The notes: a model not told the origin generated them from the sequence alone. Positions 47,982-56,900 are shown, counted from the first letter of the stretch. The stretch is DNA of 64,000 bases from an uncultured Chloroflexia bacterium (GCA_963828165.1 CAWHDR010000001.1:1107543-1171542), one strand, 5' to 3'. Numbers and translations are program-made.

Positions 47982-49251
47982 CGACGGCGGCGACGATCCT
48001 CGGCGAGGATCACGCCCGACGGCTCGACGCGGCCGACCCCCTGGCCGGTCATCGCGACCGGTTCCTCCTGCCGACGGACGCCCGACGGAACGCCCAAGGT
48101 CTACCTGGCCGGACAGTCTCTGGGCGCCCAGCCGGCTGCGGCTCGGGACGAGGTGGAAGCGGAGCTCGACGCGTGGGCACGGCTCGGCGTCGACGGGTGG
48201 TTCGCCGCGAAGCGAGCCTGGCTCGACGCCGACGGCGCGATCCGTGAACCGACGGCGACGCTGGTCGGTGCTCGACCCGACGAGATCGCGACGATGAACA
48301 CCCTGACCGTGAACCTGCACCTGCTGTTCGCGACGTTCTTCCGGCCCGCGGGCGGGCGGACCGCGATCCTCATCGACGCGCCGACGTTCCCGTCCGACCG
48401 GTACGCCGTCGAGTCGCAGCTTCGCCTGCACGGCCTCGCCCCAGCGCGCGACCTCATCGTGGTCCGCCCCCGCGACGGGGAGGCGCTGCTGCGCACCGAG
48501 GATCTCGAAGGGGCCATCCACGAGCATCGGGATCGCCTTGCCGTGGCGCTCCTCGCAGGCGTGAACTACGCCACCGGCCAGGCGCACGACATCGGGACGG
48601 CTCACCGCGGCGGTCCACGATGCGGGTGCTGTCGCCCTCTGGGACCTGGCGCACGCGGTCGGAAACGTCCCGCTGACCTTGCACGATGAGGAGGTCGATG
48701 GCGCCGCGTGGTGCACGTACAAATACCTCAACGGCGGCCCTGGATCGATCGGCCAGGTGTTCGTTCACGAACGGCACGCGGCCGACGCTTCCGCCCTGCG
48801 GCTGACCGGTTGGTGGGGCAACGACCCAGCCACGCGGTTCGAGATGGCCGAGACCTTCGAGCCGGCGCGCGGCGCCGACGGCTGGCGGATCTCGACGCCG
48901 CCCATCCTGTCGCTGGCACCGATCCGCGCATCGCTCGCGATCTTCGACGAGGTAGGGATGTCCGCCTTGCGCCGGAAGTCCGTCGAGCTGACCGCCTATT
49001 TCGAGGGTCTCATCGAGGCGCTCGTAACCGACGCCGAGATCCTGACGCCACGTGCCCCTGGAGCCCGCGGGGCCCAACTCTCGCTGCGATTCCCGGATGC
49101 GACGCGCCGGCTGGACGCGCTGGAGGCTGCGGCGGTCATCGCCGACTTCCGCGAGCCCGACATCATCCGCATGGCGCCGGTCCCGCTGTACAACACCTTC
49201 CACGACGCTTGGCGCGCCGCGCGAGCGCTCGCGGAGACGCGCTCGGCCTAG
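47978..49251 (+). pseudogene. kynU: Kynureninase, two frameshifts
   Basis: The GTG 47978 overlaps the inferred upstream stop (GTGA). Fragments: …DPLAGHRDRFLLPT | APDGTPKVYLAGQSLGAQP…MNTLTVNLHL…GVNYATGQAHDIG | RLTAAVHDAGAVALWDLAHAVGNVPL…AAWCTYKYLNGGPGSIG… (PLP lysine context). Confidence 0.8.
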
Positions 49252-49259
49252 TCGACTAC

Positions 49260-50249
49260 TCAGCCAAGCCGCAGGTTCGGCAGCACGTCCTTGCCGAAGA
49301 CCTCGATGAACTCGGCCTGATTGCGGCCGACGTTGTGGAGATGGATCTCGTCGAAGCCCATGTCCACGTAGTGCTGGATGTGCTTCGTATGTGCTTCGAG
49401 ATCGCTGGTCATCAGCACCCGGTTCTTGAAGTCCTCGGGTTTGACCAGCTTCGCCATTGCCGCGAAGTCCTCGGGATTCTTGATGTCCTGCTTCGGGAAC
49501 GTCATCCCGCCGTTGGGCCACTCGACCATCGCGTTCTGCACGGCCTCTTCATTGGTGCGCGCCCACGAGATGTGGATCTGGAGCATCTTCGGCGCCGTAG
49601 CCGCTGTCTTGCCGGCCTCACGGGCGCCCTCCTCGAATTTCTCCCAGAGCATCGAGATCTTCTCGTCGGCCGCGCCGACCGTGATGATGCCGTCGGCAAA
49701 CTTCCCGGTCTTCTTCGCGTTAATGGGACCGGCCGTCGCGACGTACACGGGCACCGGCACCTCGGGGCGGGTGTAGAGCTTCGCGCTCTCGAGGGTGAAG
49801 AACTCTCCCTTGTGCTTGACGACTTTGCCGGTGAACAGCTTGTTGATGATCTCGATCGACTCGAACATCATTGCGCTGCGGATCCCGATCTCGGGCCACA
49901 CACCTCCGACGACGTGCTCGTTCAACGCTTCGCCGGCCCCCAGCCCGAGGTAGAAGCGCCCGGGGTACATCGCGCCGATCGTGGCCGCGGCGTGGGCGAT
50001 CACCGCGGGGTGGTAACGGAAGCCTGGGCACGTGACCGCCGTCCCGAACCTGAGGCTCGTCCGCTGCCCGAGCGCGCCCATGAAGGACCAGGCGAATGCG
50101 CTCTGGCCTTGTTGGGGGGTCCACGGGTGGAAGTGCTCGCTGACCATGAACCCGGCTTCCAATCCGGCAGCCTCAGCCTGGGCGCACCAGTCGAGCAGGT
50201 CGTTGGGGTGGAATTGCTCGAGCATCGCCGCATAGCCGATCGTGGTCAT
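49260..50249 (-). CDS. LLM-class F420-dependent oxidoreductase, glucose-6-phosphate dehydrogenase (Fgd) family-like
   Basis: 329 aa: IGYAAMLEQFHPNDLLDW...FMVSEHFHPW...LGLGAGEALNEH...VYVATAGP. Lower-GC codon usage than upstream genes. Confidence 0.75.
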   Translation of the reverse strand: MTTIGYAAMLEQFHPNDLLDWCAQAEAAGLEAGFMVSEHFHPWTPQQGQSAFAWSFMGALGQRTSLRFGTAVTCPGFRYHPAVIAHAAATIGAMYPGRFYLGLGAGEALNEHVVGGVWPEIGIRSAMMFESIEIINKLFTGKVVKHKGEFFTLESAKLYTRPEVPVPVYVATAGPINAKKTGKFADGIITVGAADEKISMLWEKFEEGAREAGKTAATAPKMLQIHISWARTNEEAVQNAMVEWPNGGMTFPKQDIKNPEDFAAMAKLVKPEDFKNRVLMTSDLEAHTKHIQHYVDMGFDEIHLHNVGRNQAEFIEVFGKDVLPNLRLG

Positions 50250-50333
50250 CGTCGTCCTCCGTCGTCGTTCGTCGATCTGACGATTTCCGCCGTTCGGCCC
50301 TCGAGATTGTACCCAATCATGTGTCGCTTGTAT

Positions 50334-50861
50334 CTATGTCCGCGCATCGTCGGCGAGGAGGACGACGCGCGTCCGGCGTGGCGCTGTACGATCCAGGCGC
50401 TCTACGTCTCGCCTACGCAGAAGGTAGCCGCTAGGACCGCGCGATGCGCGCAGGCGGCCCGTGCGAATGGCTCGACGGAGCCATCCGACCTCCCGCTTGA
50501 CTAGATTCGCCGCCTCGCGCACCGACAGTGGGTCTCCAGCTTGGTAGAAGTCGCTGTGGTGACCGAGGTCGCTGTGATAGATGGGCCCCGCGTCGACAGC
50601 GTAGGTCGCTGGTCCGCCGGTGCCAGGAGGGGCGAACCGGCCCAAACTCAGCCGCGCGTCGTAAGCCGCGCGACGCTTCCCGTCCCCCAGGACTTCGTAA
50701 GCGCGGGCGATCCGCTTGAACTGTCGCTCCATCGCTGGATCATCGGAATGCCTGTCGGGATGGGTGGCGCGGGCAAGGCGTCGATACGCTGACCGGATTT
50801 CGCCAGGTGTTGCCCCAGGCTCGAGCTCCAACGTCGCATAGTGGCCGCTACGCCGCGCCAT
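50334..50861 (-). CDS. J-domain protein fused to an excisionase-type HTH
   Basis: Start set at M22. J domain HYATLELEPGATPGEIRSAYRRLARATHPDRH...YEVLGDGKRRAAYD. C-terminus LSVREAANLVKREVGWLRRAIRTGRLRASRGPSGYLLRRRDVERL resembles HTH_17/excisionase-type DNA-binding domains. Confidence 0.7.
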   Translation of the reverse strand: MARRSGHYATLELEPGATPGEIRSAYRRLARATHPDRHSDDPAMERQFKRIARAYEVLGDGKRRAAYDARLSLGRFAPPGTGGPATYAVDAGPIYHSDLGHHSDFYQAGDPLSVREAANLVKREVGWLRRAIRTGRLRASRGPSGYLLRRRDVERLDRTAPRRTRVVLLADDART

Positions 50862-51010
50862 GGCCCTTCTACTTGGCGCTTCGTTGGCCCGTGACGCTCG
50901 CCCCGATTGGTGCGCCCCGGCCATTCATGATCGTCTTCAAGGATTCGGCAACCTCTTGCGGGTGCGAGCGTCGCGGGGAGGAGGCACCGCGACCCTCGCA
51001 GGGATTGTTT

Positions 51011-52006
51011 CTAGACGCCGACCGTGGCCGGTTGGCCGACGCGCGGTAGGACATCGCTGGCGAGGGTCTCGATCTGGTCGAGCCAGTCCGGGAAGCGCAT
51101 CCGGAAATCGAAGATCAGGAGATCGCAGCCAATCTCCTGGTAGCGCTGAACGCCGCGGACAATATCGTCGGGCGAACCGGCCAGGATCGAGCCGTCGAGC
51201 TCCTCGATCGTCGTGAACTCGCCGCCTTCCGGCTTCAGCCAGAACTTCTGCGCGTTCGCGTTCTTGATGAGCCCGGGCACGTTCATGCGGCGTGTCGCGG
51301 CTTCGAACGAACTGTCGATGCTGGTGACCGGCACAGCGCCCGTCCAGATCATCCGCTTGCCCTGCTCGGCGGTCATGTCGCGAATCTTGGCGACCCGCGC
51401 CTCGTACGTTGAGAATGGAATCCGGCCGGGCAGCCAGCCATCGCAAAAGTCGACCGCAAGGCGCGCCGACGCGGGCGTCGCACCGCCCCACCAGACGGGC
51501 ACGGGATGGAGCGGCTGCGGCTTCAAGTCCACGTCCTCGAAGTCGTATAGCTCGCTGTGCCAATCGACCGTCTCGCCGGTCCAAAGCTTGCGGGCTATGA
51601 GCGTCTGCTCCTTCATCAACTCAGGGCGCTTGAGGTCTCCCTGGCCGATCACGTCGAATTCGTGCTGGAAGTTGCCGGCGCCGATGCCGAGGTCGAACCT
51701 CCGGCGCGTGATCCACGACAGCGACGCGATGCTTGAGGCCATGTGGATCGGGTGGCGGAACGGAATAATGGTCGCCGCACCGAGGCCGATCCTCTCGGTC
51801 ACTCCGGCCAGATATGTAAGAGCCACAAACGGGTCGATGAACGTGCGGTCCGTGCCCTCCATGCCGTGCGGATGGAACACGAGGTGATCGCGCACCCACA
51901 AGGAGTCGAAGCCGAGCCGTTCGGCGAGCTTGGCGCCCTCGATCAGCAGATCCTGGTCAGCCTCGACCCCGAAGTGCGGGACGAGCAGTCCGAAACGCGT
52001 GGCCAT
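51011..52006 (-). CDS. LLM-class flavin/F420-dependent oxidoreductase
   Basis: 331 aa luciferase-like TIM barrel: FGLLVPHFG...LGFDSLWVRDHL...LGIGAGNFQHEF...VPVWWGG. Confidence 0.8.
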   Translation of the reverse strand: MATRFGLLVPHFGVEADQDLLIEGAKLAERLGFDSLWVRDHLVFHPHGMEGTDRTFIDPFVALTYLAGVTERIGLGAATIIPFRHPIHMASSIASLSWITRRRFDLGIGAGNFQHEFDVIGQGDLKRPELMKEQTLIARKLWTGETVDWHSELYDFEDVDLKPQPLHPVPVWWGGATPASARLAVDFCDGWLPGRIPFSTYEARVAKIRDMTAEQGKRMIWTGAVPVTSIDSSFEAATRRMNVPGLIKNANAQKFWLKPEGGEFTTIEELDGSILAGSPDDIVRGVQRYQEIGCDLLIFDFRMRFPDWLDQIETLASDVLPRVGQPATVGV

Positions 52007-52021
52007 GGTTCCGTACTCTCC

Positions 52022-53428
52022 TTAGGCTCCTACCGACACGGTTGTCGGCGTGGTGGTCGGTCGCGCGTGGCGACCCCGGCCCGGAAGGCCGCTGACCGTT
52101 CCATCGGCGTAGATCACCTCGCCGCGCGAGATCGTGCTGGTTACAGCGCCGCGAACGCGACGACCAGCGTACGGCGTCCAGCCACATTTGCTGAGCACGA
52201 GGTCGTCGGTGATTTCGAATTCGGCGCCGAGGTCGACGACGGCGATGTCAGCGTCCGCGCCGACGTCTAATCGGCCCTTGTCGCCGAGACCGAAGACGCG
52301 AGCCGGTGTGGTCGCCGTCGCGTCGGCGATTCGCTCGAGGCTGATCCGGCCGGCGGCGCTCGCGTCGAGGAGTAGGGAGAGGTAGAACTGTGTTGATGGC
52401 GTACCCGTGTGGGCCTTCCAGCCGTCGGTCCAACCCGGCTCCTTCTCCACACGCAGGTGCGGAGCGTGGTCGGTCGAGACGAGGTCGATCGTCCCGTCGC
52501 GAAGGGCCTCCCAGAGCGGATCGGTATTCGATTCCGGCACGTAGTACGAGAGCGCATACGAACCGAGCCGCTCGATGTTCGACCAGTCGTTGCCCAGGAA
52601 CACGGCCCACGGGTTGATCTCAGCTGAGACGACCTGGCCAGCGTCCTTTGCGCGGCGCAGTTGCTCGATCACGCCCCGCGTCTGGGTATGGAGCAGGTGG
52701 AGTCGCGTTCCGGTCGCCTTCTGAAGTCGCAACAGCAAGGCTACCGCGGTGTCCCAGATGATCCCGTCATGCGCCGCGTACGCCTTGGCATATGCGCGGA
52801 AGTCGCGCTCGCCACGCTCCCAGTACCGCTCCTCGATCGCGGTCATGAGCGCCTGGTCGTGGGGATGGACCATAAGCGGCAAGCTCGTTTCGGCAACAGC
52901 CCCGAAGATCCGCAGCAGGTCGCCGTGGTCGTGCACGCCGATGCCGGGCATGTGCGGGTAGTCCCGACCCGTGTCGACGACCATGAACACCTTGAAGGCG
53001 GCAATGCCCATGGTCGCAAGCTCGGGGATCTCGTCGAGGACGGTGCCAGCGGCATTCACGTTGTAATCGACGATCGACTTCTCGGCGTACAGCCGGAGAA
53101 TCGACGCTAGCCGTTCCGCCGTGTTCGGGGGAGGCTGGACGTTCGGCATCGCGAATGACGTGGTCACGCCGCCGGCCGCGCACGCCGACGTGGCACTGAC
53201 GATGTCCTCCTTTTCGGTGAATCCGGGCTCGCGGTGGTGGCTGTGGACGTCGATCAGACCCGGCAGCAGGTGACGGCCCGTCGCGTCGATGATCTTCGTC
53301 GCGTCCAGGGGCGTACCCGGATCGACGATGGCTGCGATCCGCCCATCGGCCACCGCGACGTCCGCCGTAGCAAGACCAGTGGCGGACACCACTGTGCCGC
53401 CGCTGATCACGAGGTCGTAGGTCCTCAC
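52022..53428 (-). CDS. Cyclic amidohydrolase (dihydropyrimidinase / hydantoinase / allantoinase / dihydroorotase family)
   Basis: 468 aa from the GTG at 53428. Metal ligands GLIDVHSHH, carbamylated-Lys context AAFKVFM, MVHPH, LVSTDHAP. The GTG overlaps the upstream stop (GTGA). Confidence 0.85.
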   Translation of the reverse strand: MRTYDLVISGGTVVSATGLATADVAVADGRIAAIVDPGTPLDATKIIDATGRHLLPGLIDVHSHHREPGFTEKEDIVSATSACAAGGVTTSFAMPNVQPPPNTAERLASILRLYAEKSIVDYNVNAAGTVLDEIPELATMGIAAFKVFMVVDTGRDYPHMPGIGVHDHGDLLRIFGAVAETSLPLMVHPHDQALMTAIEERYWERGERDFRAYAKAYAAHDGIIWDTAVALLLRLQKATGTRLHLLHTQTRGVIEQLRRAKDAGQVVSAEINPWAVFLGNDWSNIERLGSYALSYYVPESNTDPLWEALRDGTIDLVSTDHAPHLRVEKEPGWTDGWKAHTGTPSTQFYLSLLLDASAAGRISLERIADATATTPARVFGLGDKGRLDVGADADIAVVDLGAEFEITDDLVLSKCGWTPYAGRRVRGAVTSTISRGEVIYADGTVSGLPGRGRHARPTTTPTTVSVGA

Positions 53429-54393
53429 GCGCCCGACGCCTCGCTGATCCCGTCGACATACCGGATCGAAGCTTCCGGTGCCGCCTGGTGGACCGCGATA
53501 TCCCCGGCTACGAGGTAGCACTGAAACCACTCGACGATCATGGGAGCGACGACATCGCGATACTGCTCATAGGCGCCGTAATGCGTCGTTCCGGTCTGTA
53601 CCACCAGTCGCTTCGGGGTGCCCGCCTTCTCGTACAGCGCGTAGCTGTGGTCCTCGGGCGTCGTCCAGTCGTTCTCGACACAAATGAACATCGCTGCACG
53701 GGGTGCGATGCGGTCGACGACGTCGATCGGACGGTACTCGAAGATTGCCTCCGCGCTTGCTAGAGCCACGAGTTCTGGGATCCGATGGTCGACATCGGAC
53801 TTGACTTGTGTGACCTTGCGCTCGGGCGTGGGAACCATGATGCCGTCCCGTGGCGCGACCATCGCACCCTTCCCGGTGCGGTTTCGTTCCAGGCGATCGA
53901 GGCGAAGCTCGCTGAGGAACTCCAGCCATTCGTGTTCGCGGCGCATTCGCCGTAGCCAGTCCCGCCCGTCCGAGATCGGCACCTGCGCGACCATGGCTTT
54001 GAAGCGTGGGTCCAACGCCGCGGCCATGACAGCGTTTCCACCGCCCGTGCCACCGGAGCCGAAAGCACCCACGCGATTCGCGTCAATCTCTGGCCTGGTT
54101 TCGAGGTATGTCGCGGCGCTTATGAAGTCCTCAACCTGGGTCCTCGGATCAAGGAACGTCGCGTCGCCCTCAGAGTCCCCAAAGCCACGGTAGTCAAAGA
54201 CGAGCACGGCGATGCCCGCGGTCAATAGAGCGTCGTGGTATGGCTTATATAGCTTCGCGTCGCGAAGCCCGAGCCAGCCTGGGCCCTGCGCGACCGCGGC
54301 AACGGGCCCGTCCGCCGACGCTCCGGCGGGGAGCATCAGGGTGCCGGCCAGCATCGCGCCATGACTGTAGAAGCGGACCTGCTCGATGGGCAT
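53425..54393 (-). CDS. Alpha/beta-fold hydrolase
   Basis: 322 aa: VLVFDYRGFGDSEG, nucleophile-elbow region VGAFGSGGTGGG, C-terminal THYGAYE. First gene of the hydrolase-amidohydrolase-LLM operon. Confidence 0.7.
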   Translation of the reverse strand: MPIEQVRFYSHGAMLAGTLMLPAGASADGPVAAVAQGPGWLGLRDAKLYKPYHDALLTAGIAVLVFDYRGFGDSEGDATFLDPRTQVEDFISAATYLETRPEIDANRVGAFGSGGTGGGNAVMAAALDPRFKAMVAQVPISDGRDWLRRMRREHEWLEFLSELRLDRLERNRTGKGAMVAPRDGIMVPTPERKVTQVKSDVDHRIPELVALASAEAIFEYRPIDVVDRIAPRAAMFICVENDWTTPEDHSYALYEKAGTPKRLVVQTGTTHYGAYEQYRDVVAPMIVEWFQCYLVAGDIAVHQAAPEASIRYVDGISEASGA

Positions 54394-54465
54394 CGATCCC
54401 TCGGCGTGGAACTGTCAGCATGGATCCGGCCCGAACTTAGCCGGGGCGCATCCGATTTGATGGCC

Positions 54466-54495
54466 AATGTACCCAAGTTGGCGGTGATTGTCCAC
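54466..54495 (-). promoter_or_regulatory. Candidate promoter/operator shared with 55741..55770
   Basis: The minus strand reads GTGGACAATC-ACCGCCAACTTGGG-TACATT (TGGACA, 17 nt, TACATT), about 70 nt upstream of the hydrolase ATG. Confidence 0.4.
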
Positions 54496-54594
54496 ATTTT
54501 CGAGGAGTCGCTTGCCCTGGAGTTAAAGGCCCGCCATGGGAAGGGTCGCCATCGAACGGGTTGACGTGGGCCGCCAGGGGACCGCTGCCTGACG

Positions 54595-55314
54595 TTACCG
54601 GCGTCGGTCCGCCCGCCGACGGGCCTCGGCTTCCTTGATATAGCGCCGGATGAGGACTGCGACCCGCCGGTAGTGTCCGCCCAGGTGCGCTACGGCACGA
54701 TCCGCGTCACCGACCCGCACCGCTTCAAAGAAGTGCTCGTGGATCGAACTAGAGTGCTGGATGGTTGTCCAGCGCAAGACCCTAGCGACCTCCTGGCGCA
54801 AGCGCATGATCAAGCCGACGAGCCGCGGGCGGCCGGTCACCGAGTAGAGCCGCAGGTAGAAGCGCTCGCGCGACGCGAGTTGATCATCGGGGGTCGCGGC
54901 AGTTTGCATCGCACTGAACAGGACCTCAAGTTCCTCGAGGTCTTCGTCGGTCAGTAACGGGAGCGCTAAGCGCACGGCCTCGCTCTCGAGCAGGATACGA
55001 AGGTCGTAGACCTCCTCAACATCATCGGCGTCTAGGGTGGTGACCGTGAAGCCGCGATGTGGTTCCGACGTCACCAGACCCTCGTACTCAAGCGCTCGAA
55101 GGGCTTCTCGGACGGGGATCCGACTGGTACCGAAGACCTCTGCCAGTTCTTCTTGACGCAGACGGTCTCCAGGACCGAGCACTCCTGACAGGATCGCCTT
55201 TCGTACGGAGTCGAGCACGAGCTCCTGTGCAGTGACACTCTGCTCGCGACCCCCATCGATGATTGCCGCGAGCTTCTCGTGTTGGTCATCCCGGGTTCGT
55301 CCGTCGCCGTCCAT
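54595..55314 (-). CDS. GntR-family (FadR/FCD subfamily) transcriptional regulator
   Basis: Start set at ATG 55314. HTH RLRQEELAEVFGTSRIPVREALRALEYEGLV, followed by an all-helical FCD-like domain. Confidence 0.85.
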   Translation of the reverse strand: MDGDGRTRDDQHEKLAAIIDGGREQSVTAQELVLDSVRKAILSGVLGPGDRLRQEELAEVFGTSRIPVREALRALEYEGLVTSEPHRGFTVTTLDADDVEEVYDLRILLESEAVRLALPLLTDEDLEELEVLFSAMQTAATPDDQLASRERFYLRLYSVTGRPRLVGLIMRLRQEVARVLRWTTIQHSSSIHEHFFEAVRVGDADRAVAHLGGHYRRVAVLIRRYIKEAEARRRADRRR

Positions 55315-55740
55315 CGCACACCTCCGACCTCGGTCCATCTGAATCGGATCGAGTCCTCGACCGTCGCGCGACGGCGCAGGCGCAGACGCCCCGATCGAAC
55401 GATTTGTCCGAGCGCCGGATCCTTTCCGGCAAAGATTGTCACACTGTACCCACCTCGGTGGACACATTGGTATCCGTGGGCACGAAATGAGTAGCCTCAG
55501 GGTCTTGTGGTCAACCGCGCAGATTCGCCTAAGGCATGCACGGCGAAGACACCGGACTGAGAGGATTCACGGCTGGCTCGAACGCCTAATTCGGGCTCTG
55601 GGGTCCCAGCCTCACGATCATGGCTAGGCGGCGACATAGCTGCCAATGATTCGGTGGGAGGCATACAAACCGGTCGGAAGCACACCGCCGCCTGATCGAT
55701 TTGACGACGGAGCCGTGATGTGGGCAGTTTGCGGTGTGGT

Positions 55741-55770
55741 GTGGACAATCTTGTTGACTTTGGATACCCA
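55741..55770 (+). promoter_or_regulatory. Candidate promoter/operator shared with 54466..54495
   Basis: GTGGACAATC-TTGTTGACTTTGGA-TACCCA (TGGACA, 17 nt, TACCCA), 66 nt upstream of the ABC binding-protein ATG. Confidence 0.4.
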
Positions 55771-55835
55771 CTTAGTCCAGACTCGGCGAGATCGGACCCA
55801 GACTTCCTGCAAGTCGGGCGCTGGAGGAGAGCACG

Positions 55836-56900
55836 ATGAGATTGCTACGCGCGGGCATTTCAGTGGTGGTCTGTCTTGCACTGGCTGCCTGTGTGGCGCC
55901 TGCCGCTTCCACCCCGGCCAGCGTCCCGCCCACACCGTCGACCGGGGGCGCGCAACCAAGTGCTGTTGGGTCGCAGGCGTCGACAGATGCGACCAAGACA
56001 ATTTACGGGTACACCTCCAGCCCTTCGATGGACTCCCTTCCCTACCTTGTAGCGATCAAGAACATGGTTGCGGCTGGCTATGACATCAGCACCCAGCAGC
56101 TCGCCAGCAACGACCTCGGACTTGCGGCGCTGGCCACGAATCAGATCCAGATGTGGGGCACCGGGCCAGTCGAGTGGTCGCGCGTGGTCGGGCAGGCACC
56201 GATCAAGCTCATAACGGCTCGAGCCAACAATGGCTGGCAGTTGATCTCTACCGCAGACATCACGGAATGCAGTCAACTCGATGGTAAGAAGGTTGGCCTA
56301 TTCAACCTCACCGGTATCAGCACTGCCTACCCGATGGCCTACTTCGAGCAGAACTGCCCGGACATGAAGCCAGAAATCGTGCTCATCCCGGATTCCGGGC
56401 TCCGCGCCCAGGCCATGGCGGCCGACGAGCTGGTTGCGACACCGCTACAGGCCGATGATGCGGTCAAGCTGTTGAACCAGTATCCGGGAAAATTCAAGGT
56501 GCTTGCGAATTTCTCGGAGGACCTCGCCGAGATCGGACGCGACTACGTCGGCACGAACTCAACGATGCTCGACGAGCACGCGCCCATCCTTCGAGAGTTC
56601 ATCAAGCAGCATCTGCTGACGATCCGATCATTCTACGAGGACCCAGCCGTTGCGGTCGCCGCGGCGAAAGAGCATCTTGAAGTCGGAGACGACGCGGAGC
56701 TCGTCACGAATTTCTTCATCGACCAGAAGTTGTGGTGCGCCAACGGCGGCCTCGAGGATAGCAATCTGGCCTCAACGCTGACGTACTTCGGCGAGTTCGG
56801 GCTGATCACCCCAGGCCTGAGTGCTGCCAACTTCCTTGCGCCCGGGCCGCTGACGGACGTTCTGGCCGAGATTGACCGGTCCGACGCGACGGAGTGTTAG
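55836..56900 (+). CDS. ABC transporter substrate-binding lipoprotein, NMT1/THI5 (NitT/TauT) family
   Basis: GGAGGAG upstream. Signal and lipobox MRLLRAGISVVVCLALAAC. Followed by two permeases and an ATPase of the NitT/TauT type. Confidence 0.8.
   Translation: MRLLRAGISVVVCLALAACVAPAASTPASVPPTPSTGGAQPSAVGSQASTDATKTIYGYTSSPSMDSLPYLVAIKNMVAAGYDISTQQLASNDLGLAALATNQIQMWGTGPVEWSRVVGQAPIKLITARANNGWQLISTADITECSQLDGKKVGLFNLTGISTAYPMAYFEQNCPDMKPEIVLIPDSGLRAQAMAADELVATPLQADDAVKLLNQYPGKFKVLANFSEDLAEIGRDYVGTNSTMLDEHAPILREFIKQHLLTIRSFYEDPAVAVAAAKEHLEVGDDAELVTNFFIDQKLWCANGGLEDSNLASTLTYFGEFGLITPGLSAANFLAPGPLTDVLAEIDRSDATEC

Noticed and set aside
49260-51011. The possibility that the lower-GC island is a mobile element, since the excisionase-like HTH might indicate a prophage or ICE.
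   Set aside because: There is no integrase, transposase, tRNA target, or direct or inverted terminal repeat in the window. The HTH is fused to a J domain. The evidence is insufficient to call a mobile element.
53425-54393. The non-canonical nucleophile elbow FGSGGTGG in the alpha/beta hydrolase, read as a sign of an inactive enzyme.
   Set aside because: I cannot place the catalytic triad without an alignment or structure, and several hydrolase subfamilies deviate from GxSxG.
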